Source: Verrucomicrobiota bacterium (lineage in GTDB: Bacteria > Verrucomicrobiota > Kiritimatiellia > RFP12 > UBA1067). Taken from it: DNA of 37,880 bases. A program made the position numbers and the translations under genes. Where the stretch lies: the NCBI GenBank assembly GCA_022704125.1, contig JAKJHA010000002.1:1-37880 (forward strand). The letters run 5' to 3'. The notes beneath the pieces were generated by a model. It made no database searches and was not told the origin of the DNA. It saw only the letters and a list, made by a program, of their open reading frames with translations. Numbering within the stretch: position 1 is the first letter of the stretch; every line of letters begins with the position of its first letter. Positions 18,005 through 25,584 of this stretch are shown here, piece after piece.

Positions 18005-19203
18005 GGTGTTTCCTCCCGTATCCAGAGTGAGTGTTTACCGTCCGCTTCAGGACGGGCGTAGATGGTGTTTTTTAACTCGCTTTGCAATGCCACCCTATCT
18101 ACACGCTGTGTTTTTATGGTCATGACTTCCCGGGAGAATAAGCGTGACCAGCCGAACCAATCGGTTGCATAGATTCCATCAGTTGCCGATGCTGTTCCCC
18201 AAAGCGCACCGATGTCTTCGCCCAACCATATCTCGGTGTGAATCGGTGCGTATGGAGGCTCTGATGTGCCGGAAATGTATCCGTGTGGAGTCTCGATGTA
18301 AAATTCAGGAGGCAGGGGGAACGACAGCCCATCCAGCACCGATGTGGTCGCCGGTGAGATGGAATCGGTGTAGAACCAGTTTGTCACGGCAGTTGGGCCG
18401 ACCAGCCACACGCTACCGGTTGCATCAATCCAGCGGTCTCCATCAAGCGTGGCGATCCTGTCCGTTGCCACTACAACGTCACCGGTTTTTCCGTTCACAC
18501 TTGTTACGGGGAAAACAACCGCGTCGATTGCAGAAGAGATTTCTTGATCCGTCTGCGATCTGGTGTAGTAGTTCACAATGCCAGATGCCAAAAAATAACC
18601 TGCTTCAGCATGGTTGCCCCAAGAGTGCGCCAAATCCCAACGGTTGGTGTTTTGCTCGATGTTGCCTATTCTGGATTGCAGTGGACCGACAACCGCCGCG
18701 ACCTGCTGCGTTGTTGCTGCCGCAGATGCGATTGCGAGCGCCTGCGTTGCGACGGCGTAGGCGCGATCCCCGACGATCCATTCAGCGGGGAGCGACGTGC
18801 GCGCCGGGTTCAGCCGCACCACGGCCGCGCCGCGCCCCCACTCTTCGATCCGCCCGTCGCGCGCCCCGAGGATGATCGCGTCGTATCTGCCGTTGGTCGG
18901 CGCCGCCGTCGCCGCGAGGTCCCATGTCATGCGGCCGTGAACGGCCGTCACGTTGGTCAGCGTCATGCCGCCGCCGTCGCCGCCACGGTCGCCGATCCAC
19001 AGGAGTCCTGTCCAGCCGGTCGGGTCAAACTCCGCTCCGGCCGACAGCAGGTTCGCGCGTACGGTTACGTCCGTCGCCTCGGTGACCGTCAGCGCGAACG
19101 GACGCGCCGGGCGTTCGAGGTCGAGCGTGATCTGCTCGACGCGCCCGGCGTTGATCGATAGGGGAATGATGGCACACGTCAGAAAGAAGGCAATCGCTCT
19201 CAT
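18001..19203 (-). CDS. Tail-fibre / baseplate-upper-protein-like protein with Sec-type signal peptide
   Basis: ATG 19203 (the track start 19260 is a TTG). Signal peptide MRAIAFFLTCAIIPLSINA|G. BppU-N-like Ig segment ('DVTVRANLL..GRYDAIILG..AAVVRLNP'). Fibre motif 'SVNGKTGDVVV'. The distal two-thirds has low GC. Confidence 0.6.
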   Translation of the reverse strand: MRAIAFFLTCAIIPLSINAGRVEQITLDLERPARPFALTVTEATDVTVRANLLSAGAEFDPTGWTGLLWIGDRGGDGGGMTLTNVTAVHGRMTWDLAATAAPTNGRYDAIILGARDGRIEEWGRGAAVVRLNPARTSLPAEWIVGDRAYAVATQALAIASAAATTQQVAAVVGPLQSRIGNIEQNTNRWDLAHSWGNHAEAGYFLASGIVNYYTRSQTDQEISSAIDAVVFPVTSVNGKTGDVVVATDRIATLDGDRWIDATGSVWLVGPTAVTNWFYTDSISPATTSVLDGLSFPLPPEFYIETPHGYISGTSEPPYAPIHTEIWLGEDIGALWGTASATDGIYATDWFGWSRLFSREVMTIKTQRVDRVALQSELKNTIYARPEADGKHSLWIREETP

Positions 19204-19219
19204 GGCAATGGCCGGAGCG

Positions 19220-19444
19220 TCAAATATCGGTTTGCAGCTCCAGCATCCCTGTCGGTTCAACAGGATCAGGCGGTTCGTATATTTCTTCCGACCATGATGC
19301 GTTATCGTACTCCTCCTCTAAATTATCAAACCCAAGCGTAGAGATGTCGTTGCCGACTACTACCGAGACGGTGGCATTTGGATCAAGCGCCCCGAGAGAT
19401 ACATCGCCATCTGCGCCATATGCCCAAACCTCATTTTCAGCCAT
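19220..19444 (-). CDS. Small highly acidic protein (fibre assembly chaperone candidate)
   Basis: ATG 19444 preceded by AGGTGA. 74 aa, D/E-rich. Positioned between two fibre-type genes. Confidence 0.55.
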   Translation of the reverse strand: MAENEVWAYGADGDVSLGALDPNATVSVVVGNDISTLGFDNLEEEYDNASWSEEIYEPPDPVEPTGMLELQTDI

Positions 19445-19455
19445 TTTACATCACC

Positions 19456-20277
19456 TCACGAAATATATGCGTACACCTTGGCGCCGAGTGCGGAGGCCAT
19501 ACTAAGTTGGAAATTGGGAAGATTGAACGGCGTTGCTTCCGTCCATCCCATATGCACCCAGCACGTCCCGTCGCTGCCGACGGCATTCGTGTTGAAATCC
19601 CAGTTGGTCACGCCGACATTCGTAAGCCGAGGATAGCAATTGGGCTCATATTTATTTGTTACAACAACCAGTTGTCCGGTGCTGGAATCTACATACATCA
19701 ACCCGACCGTCGATCCAGCAGATACGGACGCGTTGGTCAATGTGTTTGCCATGACCTGCACACACGAACCTGAACTCATGAACGCATGGATGTTTGAGGT
19801 AAGGTTTGGAGAAAACAACATCCGTAACGCCTCTCCCCATTGCAATGTCCCATAATTGCCGTTTGCAGAGTTGTGTGTACAGACACCTGCACCGTAAAGC
19901 TGCACTCTTATTTTTGTGACGACATTTCCTGATACTCCCAATGGTACTTTGTACCGGAATGCTGACAGAGTTTCCATTCGTGCCCACAACTGGTGGCTGA
20001 CCTGACTTTCAGGCGACCTCTGGGCTCCTTGATAGATGATAGGGAAACCGTAATTTGCAGATTGCCATGTCGCATTCCGAACGGCGTCGACACAGGCACT
20101 ATGTATTCCCGAGTTAACTCCCTGATAATATCCGCTCTCTGCGTATACGCCAACACCTCGAATGTCAATAAGTTGCATACGAACCCATCCGGGCTTGAGA
20201 ATCAATAGTCGGCCGGAGTCTCCAGAACGAATTAAATGGCCATCAGGGGCACGAAGCAGATGTCCGTTAGTTGCCAT
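19456..20277 (-). CDS. Receptor-binding / distal tail fibre protein candidate (low-GC cassette)
   Basis: ATG 20277 lies 2 nt after the upstream stop. 273 aa, beta-rich, N/S/G/T/V-rich. About 45-50% GC in hand-counted lines versus 65-70% in the head genes. Confidence 0.55.
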   Translation of the reverse strand: MATNGHLLRAPDGHLIRSGDSGRLLILKPGWVRMQLIDIRGVGVYAESGYYQGVNSGIHSACVDAVRNATWQSANYGFPIIYQGAQRSPESQVSHQLWARMETLSAFRYKVPLGVSGNVVTKIRVQLYGAGVCTHNSANGNYGTLQWGEALRMLFSPNLTSNIHAFMSSGSCVQVMANTLTNASVSAGSTVGLMYVDSSTGQLVVVTNKYEPNCYPRLTNVGVTNWDFNTNAVGSDGTCWVHMGWTEATPFNLPNFQLSMASALGAKVYAYIS

Positions 20278-20279
20278 AG

Positions 20280-21041
20280 TTATGTCGCTATTATGAGTGA
20301 ACTGGGGACTTCAACGGTAAACCTGCCTTCAGAGCTTACGGCTGCCAAAGCACCCATCGCATTAAACTGAAATTGCCGGTAGTACGCATCGAGCCGTGGG
20401 ACATCCGCCGTGTGGTCGTAGCGTATGCGAGTTAAAACAGTGATGTTTAACGCTTCCTGGCCGTCTGATTGCCAACTTAATTGGCTGGTGTTAACTCCGC
20501 CCTCATTTTGCGCCAACAAATCCTTCGTTGAAGTGCCGTAAAAAAATGCCGGGCCGATCGCGTGGCGGTGATCGGCACGGGAATAATAACTTGATGTGCC
20601 GGCTTCTCCGGACGCCCCCCCCGTCAATGACAAAGGTGTGACGTTCGATCCGTTAAATTGATGCGAATGGTCGCCGCGGGCGTATTGAGAGCTTGATCCG
20701 GGCGAACCACCATCCCTTGGCGGCGTGTATGGGTAATAGTTCCCGGGGTGCTGGTGATCGCCACGCGCTGCCAGCGGCGAAGAACCGGCGGATCCGTTTC
20801 CGCCGTCCGCAGGCGGCGCGTTGTTACTCAGCTCGATGTCCGGAGCGGGAGGAATCTGGATGCGCCACGGCGTGTCACGGCCGGGCTGCGCGTTTTTCAG
20901 GATTTGCGGATGCGTCAATCCCTCGACTTCTTCGATCACGATATGATTCAGGATGCCCGCAACGGTCTGCATGATCTCCGTTGTGATCATGTCGCGCAGC
21001 GGCGTTCCCGGTTTGAATTTTTCAGGCAGGGGAAAAGACAT
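20280..21041 (-). CDS. Tail fibre protein with three (A/S)R(G/A)DHxH repeats
   Basis: ATG 21041 preceded by GGAG. 'GSAGSSPLAARGDHQH', 'GSPGSSSQYARGDHSH' and 'GEAGTSSYYSRADHRH' spaced about 30 aa apart. The track start 21137 is an Arg-rich extension overlapping the upstream gene. Confidence 0.65.
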   Translation of the reverse strand: MSFPLPEKFKPGTPLRDMITTEIMQTVAGILNHIVIEEVEGLTHPQILKNAQPGRDTPWRIQIPPAPDIELSNNAPPADGGNGSAGSSPLAARGDHQHPGNYYPYTPPRDGGSPGSSSQYARGDHSHQFNGSNVTPLSLTGGASGEAGTSSYYSRADHRHAIGPAFFYGTSTKDLLAQNEGGVNTSQLSWQSDGQEALNITVLTRIRYDHTADVPRLDAYYRQFQFNAMGALAAVSSEGRFTVEVPSSLIIAT

Positions 21042-21054
21042 CGGTGCTCTACTC

Positions 21055-21387
21055 CTATAGCGGCGGGTTCCACGCCGACCACGCCGACCACGCGGTGGTT
21101 TCCTGTGTCGTCTTGGTGATCTTGTACGCGCCGGCATCGTTCTGCCTCGATATCTCGACTGTGACCACGGTGCGCTTGCCGTTCCCGTCGATTGAATCGC
21201 TGCTCATTGTGCTTGCAGATGTGTTTGCCGCAGCCTCGGTCATGCTGCGGTACTCGACAACGGTCGTGGTGATCTGCCGCGAACTGTAGCGCCTGTTTGC
21301 GCCGGCGTTCGCATACTGATACACCGTTTCCACGATGTTGCGCTTGCTGATCGAAATCGGTGCCGGTAGTGTCGTTAGCCATCCCAT
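21055..21387 (-). CDS. Hypothetical tail protein (110 aa)
   Basis: ATG 21387 preceded by GAGGTGA, 11 nt after the tape-measure stop. Its composition is protein-like, unlike the overlapping Arg/His-rich frame 20987-21397. Confidence 0.6.
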   Translation of the reverse strand: MGWLTTLPAPISISKRNIVETVYQYANAGANRRYSSRQITTTVVEYRSMTEAAANTSASTMSSDSIDGNGKRTVVTVEISRQNDAGAYKITKTTQETTAWSAWSAWNPPL

Positions 21388-21398
21388 CGTTGCTCACC

Positions 21399-22742
21399 TC
21401 ATTTCGATGTCAGGAGGGTCTCCAGCATTTCCCTGAGCCCCTCGGTGTTTGCCGCGATCTTCAGCAGCGCCTGCTCTGCCTTTGCCTCTTCTTCGCGCGC
21501 GAAGATCACGCGGCGCACCGCCTCCTGTTCGGCGCCGAGGCTGCGGCTGCGCCAGTTGGTCATGCGCCGCAGGCGGTCTGAATCTTTCTCGAACTGCACC
21601 TGCGCCGCCGCCTCGGCCTTCTCTTCTTCGAGCTGCGCCCGGAATGATTCAGGATCGCGGTACCACCGCCACGCCTGCTGCGCCGCCGCCTGCGCGCGGG
21701 CTAACCGATCAGATGCGCGGGATTGTGCCTCGGACGAGACGGCTATCTCTTTGCGGATGTTGTTGACTCTGACGCGATGTTCGGCTTGGGCTGCCTTGAT
21801 CGCCGCCCGCTCCCGTTCGGCTGCTTCTTTTGCCGCTGCTCTACGCATCAGTTCGGCTTCTCTTGCAAGCTGCGCCTCACGTTTTTTGGCTGCAGCTTCT
21901 TCTGCTTTTAGCCGTTTCTGCGCCTCTGCCTCTTCTGCTTTTAGCCGTTTCTGCGCCTCTGCCTCTTGAGCTTTGATCGCGTCTTCATTTTTCTTCTTGA
22001 TAGAGCCGGCAAGTTTAGCTTCTGCGAGAATCAGGTCATCAGCCGCCTCTGCCGCCGTTTCTGAAACTTCGGCAAGCGATTTTTCTAGGAGTGCGACCTT
22101 TTCATCCGCGAGCTTGCCTGCCGTGTCGACATTTTCTTTGCGTGTCTCCCAGTCTTTATCAGATATGCCTTCTGGACGCACAAGGCTTTGTGCTCTACTT
22201 CTGGCCTGCTCTTGCTCACGACGCGCTTCATCGAGTTGTTTTTGAGTTTCTTTGACGCGGCGATCCGCCAGATTCTTGAGGTAGCTGGCTTCATCCCTGC
22301 GAATGGCGGCCTCTTCTGGGCTGATGCTGGTCTTGTCTGCATTCAACATGCCCACCTTAAAATCTGCAGCCCTCCGAAAACGCCGTTCGTCAGCATTATC
22401 CGCATCCCTTGCTTGCCGCAACACCTCTTTTAGTTCTCGGATGTGCCCAGCGATATATTGTTGCGCCTGTTTAGCGCGCTCGGCGACCTTTTCCCATGCG
22501 TTGGCCAGCCGCTGAGTGGGGGAGATCCATTCGTTTATCTTTTTGCCGATTTCCCAGCCAACCTTAAACGCCAGCATGACGAGGCTGATCTGCGCGCCCA
22601 GCCCGGCCATGGCGTCGCCCCACCGGCGTGACGCTTTCTCTCCGGCGTCGACCATTTCTTCGACGTTCTTCCGCGCCGAATCGGTGCCCGCGCGGGTCTT
22701 GTCGATCACGCGGATGATGTATTCAAGGACTTTATTGCTCAC
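21399..22742 (-). CDS. Tape measure protein candidate (coiled-coil with one hydrophobic segment)
   Basis: Preferred start is GTG 22742 with AAGGAAG 6 nt upstream; the track start is 22808. Hydrophobic segment 'AMAGLGAQISLVMLAFKVGWEIG'. Long A/E/K/R coiled coil. Located downstream of the tail tube and chaperone-position genes. Confidence 0.6.
   Translation of the reverse strand: MSNKVLEYIIRVIDKTRAGTDSARKNVEEMVDAGEKASRRWGDAMAGLGAQISLVMLAFKVGWEIGKKINEWISPTQRLANAWEKVAERAKQAQQYIAGHIRELKEVLRQARDADNADERRFRRAADFKVGMLNADKTSISPEEAAIRRDEASYLKNLADRRVKETQKQLDEARREQEQARSRAQSLVRPEGISDKDWETRKENVDTAGKLADEKVALLEKSLAEVSETAAEAADDLILAEAKLAGSIKKKNEDAIKAQEAEAQKRLKAEEAEAQKRLKAEEAAAKKREAQLAREAELMRRAAAKEAAERERAAIKAAQAEHRVRVNNIRKEIAVSSEAQSRASDRLARAQAAAQQAWRWYRDPESFRAQLEEEKAEAAAQVQFEKDSDRLRRMTNWRSRSLGAEQEAVRRVIFAREEEAKAEQALLKIAANTEGLREMLETLLTSK
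21898..21963 (-). repeat. Perfect 33-bp tandem duplication inside the tape measure gene
   Basis: TCTTCTGCTTTTAGCCGTTTCTGCGCCTCTGCC at 21898-21930 and 21931-21963. In frame, encoding 'AEEAEAQKRLK' twice. Confidence 0.9.
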
Positions 22743-23460
22743 TGTCGGCTTCCTTGTGCGCTTTGATGATCGCAGCTTTGGCAGTGGCGAGATCCTGTAG
22801 CGCGGCATCGATCTCTGACAACATGCGCGGCGCTGGACCGCCGGCTTTCGCCGCGACTACCGCGCGCGCTTTCAGCCATGCGCTGACCGTGCCGTCGCGC
22901 GAGATGTCCCACAGCCAGTGGTCTGCCGGAAGTCCCGTGATGACCTCAAGCTCGCGCACGATCTCCGGCCAGTTGGCGCCCGCCGGTTCGGCCGGTTCCT
23001 GTTCGTCTTTTTTCTCGGGGGACGGCGGCAGCAATTCGTCAAGCGCCGCCTCAAGCTCGGGGACGGTGCATGTCAGCCCGGCGGTCCATTCGTCGATCAG
23101 CGCGTCGGCGAACTCCCTTCCTCGCGCCGCCTGCCGCAGGGCTTGCGCGTCTCTCGCGTGCGCCAGCACCCATGCCAGTGCGAGCGTCCCCCGGCGGTTG
23201 TCGCCGCCGTACCACCGCTGGAGCCTGTCTTCGATAAAGATGCCTGCGCCTATCGTGACCGGCCAGAGCCAGACATCGGACACGCCGGCCCGCACGGGGA
23301 GTCCGCACAGGTCGGCGCGGTCGCCGGCCGGGTGGAGCACCCTGTCGCAAAGCTGCACGATCCAGAGCGCCTCGCTCAGGTCCGGCTCGATGCCCCAGCG
23401 CTCGCGCAGTTCGCGCAGGTGCTGTTCGGCCATCGGATGAACGGTGGGCTTTGCGGTCAC
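22732..23460 (-). CDS. Hypothetical protein in the tail-assembly-chaperone position
   Basis: GTG 23460 lies 5 nt after the upstream stop, and ATG 23433 is an alternative. Lies between the tail tube candidate and the tape measure. No slippery site recognised. Confidence 0.5.
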   Translation of the reverse strand: MTAKPTVHPMAEQHLRELRERWGIEPDLSEALWIVQLCDRVLHPAGDRADLCGLPVRAGVSDVWLWPVTIGAGIFIEDRLQRWYGGDNRRGTLALAWVLAHARDAQALRQAARGREFADALIDEWTAGLTCTVPELEAALDELLPPSPEKKDEQEPAEPAGANWPEIVRELEVITGLPADHWLWDISRDGTVSAWLKARAVVAAKAGGPAPRMLSEIDAALQDLATAKAAIIKAHKEADSEQ

Positions 23461-23465
23461 GGTGA

Positions 23466-24194
23466 TCAGGTGTCCTTGGAGATGTGGCGTGTCAGCGAGA
23501 CGGTGCGGGAATCCACGGCCGTGTTGCCGCTCGTTTCGCCGTCGCTGGTCATTGTCCAGTCGGCGTGGATCGTCAAATCTCCGCTCGCGGGAACGCCGGT
23601 GAACTCTGCGTCGAGCGTTTCCACGCCGTCGTGGTTTTCTCCGGCCAGCCAGTTACCCGTGCCTCCCTGCTCGTCGACGTGGGTGCAGGCGAGACCGAAC
23701 GACAGCGAGCGCATGCCGATCCCTGCGGCAGACATCGCGAACATGACCGTGTCTGCCCCGTCGCTGACCGAGGACGGTACTCCGAACTGGGCGGGGAACA
23801 CAAGGCCGGTCGTGTATGTCCGGCAAGAATCGGCCGCGTGCGTCGCGCCGTCGTCGTGCTTGTGCGCGTTCACGGTCAGCGTCGGCCAGTCGGTCGGCGA
23901 ATAGGCCAGAGCGACGCTGTCGATGTGGTAGCCGCCTGAAATAGTGCCTGCGGAGGGGAGCGACAGGTTCCCTGTCGCCGAAAAGCATTTGTAGGTCAGC
24001 GAGACGGATTTGCGCTTGTTGTATTCCTGCTTAGCGACTTCGTCGCCGTCGGCACCGAGGCCGCTTGCGCGATCTTTCTGCGTACTGGGGGCGGCGGTCT
24101 GGATGACCCACTTCGGATCGTTTTCGCCGAGTCCCAGCAGCGTGTTGATGTCGATTGCGTCGGTGGGGCTGAAAAAAACTGGTTTTGTGGCCAT
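23466..24194 (-). CDS. Major tail (tube) protein candidate
   Basis: ATG 24194 preceded by AAGGAG. 242 aa, beta-rich, T/S/G/D-rich. Sits immediately upstream of the chaperone-position and tape measure genes. Confidence 0.5.
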   Translation of the reverse strand: MATKPVFFSPTDAIDINTLLGLGENDPKWVIQTAAPSTQKDRASGLGADGDEVAKQEYNKRKSVSLTYKCFSATGNLSLPSAGTISGGYHIDSVALAYSPTDWPTLTVNAHKHDDGATHAADSCRTYTTGLVFPAQFGVPSSVSDGADTVMFAMSAAGIGMRSLSFGLACTHVDEQGGTGNWLAGENHDGVETLDAEFTGVPASGDLTIHADWTMTSDGETSGNTAVDSRTVSLTRHISKDT

Positions 24195-24223
24195 AGGGTT
24201 TCTCCTTTCCTATGGCCGCGCCG

Positions 24224-24697
24224 TCAAGCCATGGCCGTGACGGCGTTCGCCTTGCCGCCGGTGGCGAACACCAGATCGAACGTCAGCCGCAGCCCCCACA
24301 CGTCAACCGGCTGCTTCTCGTTCGGCACCTCCACGGTGGTCAGCGTGACTTCTCCGATCCCGTTGACCCGGAACAGCGCGATATTCGACAGTTCATCCTG
24401 TACAAGCGGCAGACCGGCGATCACGCGCATCGCCCATTCCTGGCAGCGGTCGCGGTTCAGGTACGCGCACTCGGCGTAGTAGGGGATGCCGAGGGACGGG
24501 AGGTCGCGGGCCAGCAACACGCTCTCTCCTATGTTGGTCACGTCTAGGCTCGCGAAATGCCAGGCGTTCAGGATGCCGGGGTTGCGCCCGAGAAAGGCGT
24601 CGCGGTTTTCAGTGCCGCCTGCGGCCGCAATAAGCGCCTCGAACGCCCTGCGCTCCGCTTCTGTCCATGCCGTCTCGAATGATGCCGGGTCAATCAT
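24224..24697 (-). CDS. Head-tail joining / tail terminator-position protein
   Basis: ATG 24697 overlaps the upstream stop (ATGA). 157 aa. Assigned by position only. The track start 24889 lies in an Arg-rich overlapping stretch. Confidence 0.5.
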   Translation of the reverse strand: MIDPASFETAWTEAERRAFEALIAAAGGTENRDAFLGRNPGILNAWHFASLDVTNIGESVLLARDLPSLGIPYYAECAYLNRDRCQEWAMRVIAGLPLVQDELSNIALFRVNGIGEVTLTTVEVPNEKQPVDVWGLRLTFDLVFATGGKANAVTAMA

Positions 24698-25209
24698 AGG
24701 TTCACCTTTTGCATTTCTTCCGCCATGATCGCGTCGATCTCCTTGTCCTTGTCTTTCAGCGCGCGCTCGATGAACTTGTGGTCGGCCTTCGGCCCTTTGT
24801 TGATGGTGCCGGGGCCGCGATTCTGCCAGCTCTTGCCTTTTTCGTCGTGGATGCGCTTGGCGTAGTTGTAGCCCTTGGCGCTGCGGCATTCCGCGTTTTC
24901 GGCTACGAAGACGCTCCCCTCGATCCGCGGCGCCGTGATCACCGACATCGAGATCGAGCGCTCCAGCGCTCCGGGCTTCCGCCGCGACGTGGCCGTGGGC
25001 TTCTTGCGTTTTGATGTGTTCTTGCGCGTCTTGCGCGTGTCCCTGGCGGCCTGCGCGTCGGTCGGCGAGACCGGCGCGTATTTGACGGCCGTGCCTCTCA
25101 CCAGCACGGTCGCCTGGTAGACGCCGTTCCCTGCCGCCGCCCGCGCCGCCTGCGGCAGCCTGTCGAAGGCCAGCATGATCTCTTTCACCCCGTTGACGGT
25201 CACGCTCAT
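24694..25209 (-). CDS. HK97-gp10-like neck / tail-completion protein
   Basis: ATG 25209. The N-terminus 'MSVTVNGVKEIMLAFDRLPQAARAAA...AVKYAPV' resembles the HK97 gp10 family pattern. The in-frame upstream extension to 25506 crosses a terminator hairpin and reads as non-coding. Confidence 0.55.
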   Translation of the reverse strand: MSVTVNGVKEIMLAFDRLPQAARAAAGNGVYQATVLVRGTAVKYAPVSPTDAQAARDTRKTRKNTSKRKKPTATSRRKPGALERSISMSVITAPRIEGSVFVAENAECRSAKGYNYAKRIHDEKGKSWQNRGPGTINKGPKADHKFIERALKDKDKEIDAIMAEEMQKVNL

Positions 25210-25226
25210 GCCTATGGCCGCATGGT

Positions 25227-25268
25227 AAAACAAAAAAACCTCCCCCGCCTGCGGCCAGGCGGGGGAGG
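25227..25268 (-). terminator. Strong rho-independent terminator between the head and tail modules
   Basis: 13-bp perfect stem CCTCCCCCGCCTG-cggc-CAGGCGGGGGAGG (25239-25268), followed on the minus strand by TTTTTTTGTTTT. It ends about 17 nt upstream of ATG 25209. Confidence 0.8.
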
Positions 25269-25414
25269 CCAGTGAAGGAATCAACACGACATGCGAGTGT
25301 CGGTGTGTACAGTGTGCAACTATGGCCGGCGCGTCAAAATCAAGGGGGGCGGAACGCGGGGCGGAATTTGTCAAAATCAGCGGTTGACGCGGGGGGCGGA
25401 TAAATGCTACCTTG

Positions 25415-25584
25415 ACACTGCTACGGGAAAGTCTCTGACTCCCCGTAAGGGGCGATCCGGTAGCCGTGCCAGGCTGCGACCGGATGTTGCTGGGGGGGGA
25501 CGGCACAGTCCCCCGTGTCCATGGAAGGGGGCGCGAGTCTAACCTTCAGGCGGGACCACGAAAGGGGGCCCGCCATTTTTTTTT
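25415..25584 (+). ncRNA. Candidate plus-strand structured small RNA (5-prime end undefined)
   Basis: Successive hairpins: TACGGG/CCCGTA, ATCCGG(AGCC..GGCT)CCGGAT, GGGGGAC-ggcaca-GTCCCCC, GAAGG/CCTTC. It ends in a plus-strand intrinsic terminator. No convincing ORF on either strand and no promoter confidently identified. Confidence 0.3.
25549..25584 (+). terminator. Plus-strand rho-independent terminator abutting the MuF gene stop codon
   Basis: GGCGGGACC-acgaaag-GGGGCCCGCC followed by A + T9 (25576-25584). The minus-strand reading has no T-run after the hairpin, so it is oriented for plus-strand transcription in an otherwise all-minus region. Confidence 0.65.

Noticed and set aside
18001-20277. 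Diversity-generating retroelement acting on the fibre genes
   Set aside because: No reverse-transcriptase ORF is in the window. By eye I found no template/variable repeat pair near the 3-prime ends of the fibre genes. A computational self-alignment would be needed to exclude it fully.
20987-21397. 136-aa minus-strand ORF overlapping the 110-aa tail protein in another frame
   Set aside because: Arg/His/Cys/Gln-rich junk-like sequence. The competing frame (21055-21387) has a GAGGTGA RBS and protein-like composition.
22732-22810. Programmed -1 frameshift (G/GT-type) at the end of the chaperone-position gene
   Set aside because: No canonical XXXYYYZ slippery heptamer was seen near the overlap. 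The overlap is adequately explained by a GTG start with a good RBS for the tape measure gene.
25210-25506. In-frame 99-codon upstream extension of the gp10-like gene
   Set aside because: It reads through a 13-bp-stem terminator and is Pro/Ser/Arg-rich. ATG 25209 gives a family-typical N-terminus.
25291-25542. 83-aa plus-strand ORF in the non-coding island
   Set aside because: Gly/Arg-rich, with no RBS, and it coincides with hairpin-forming sequence. It is better explained as RNA structure, though a micro-ORF cannot be excluded without ribosome profiling.
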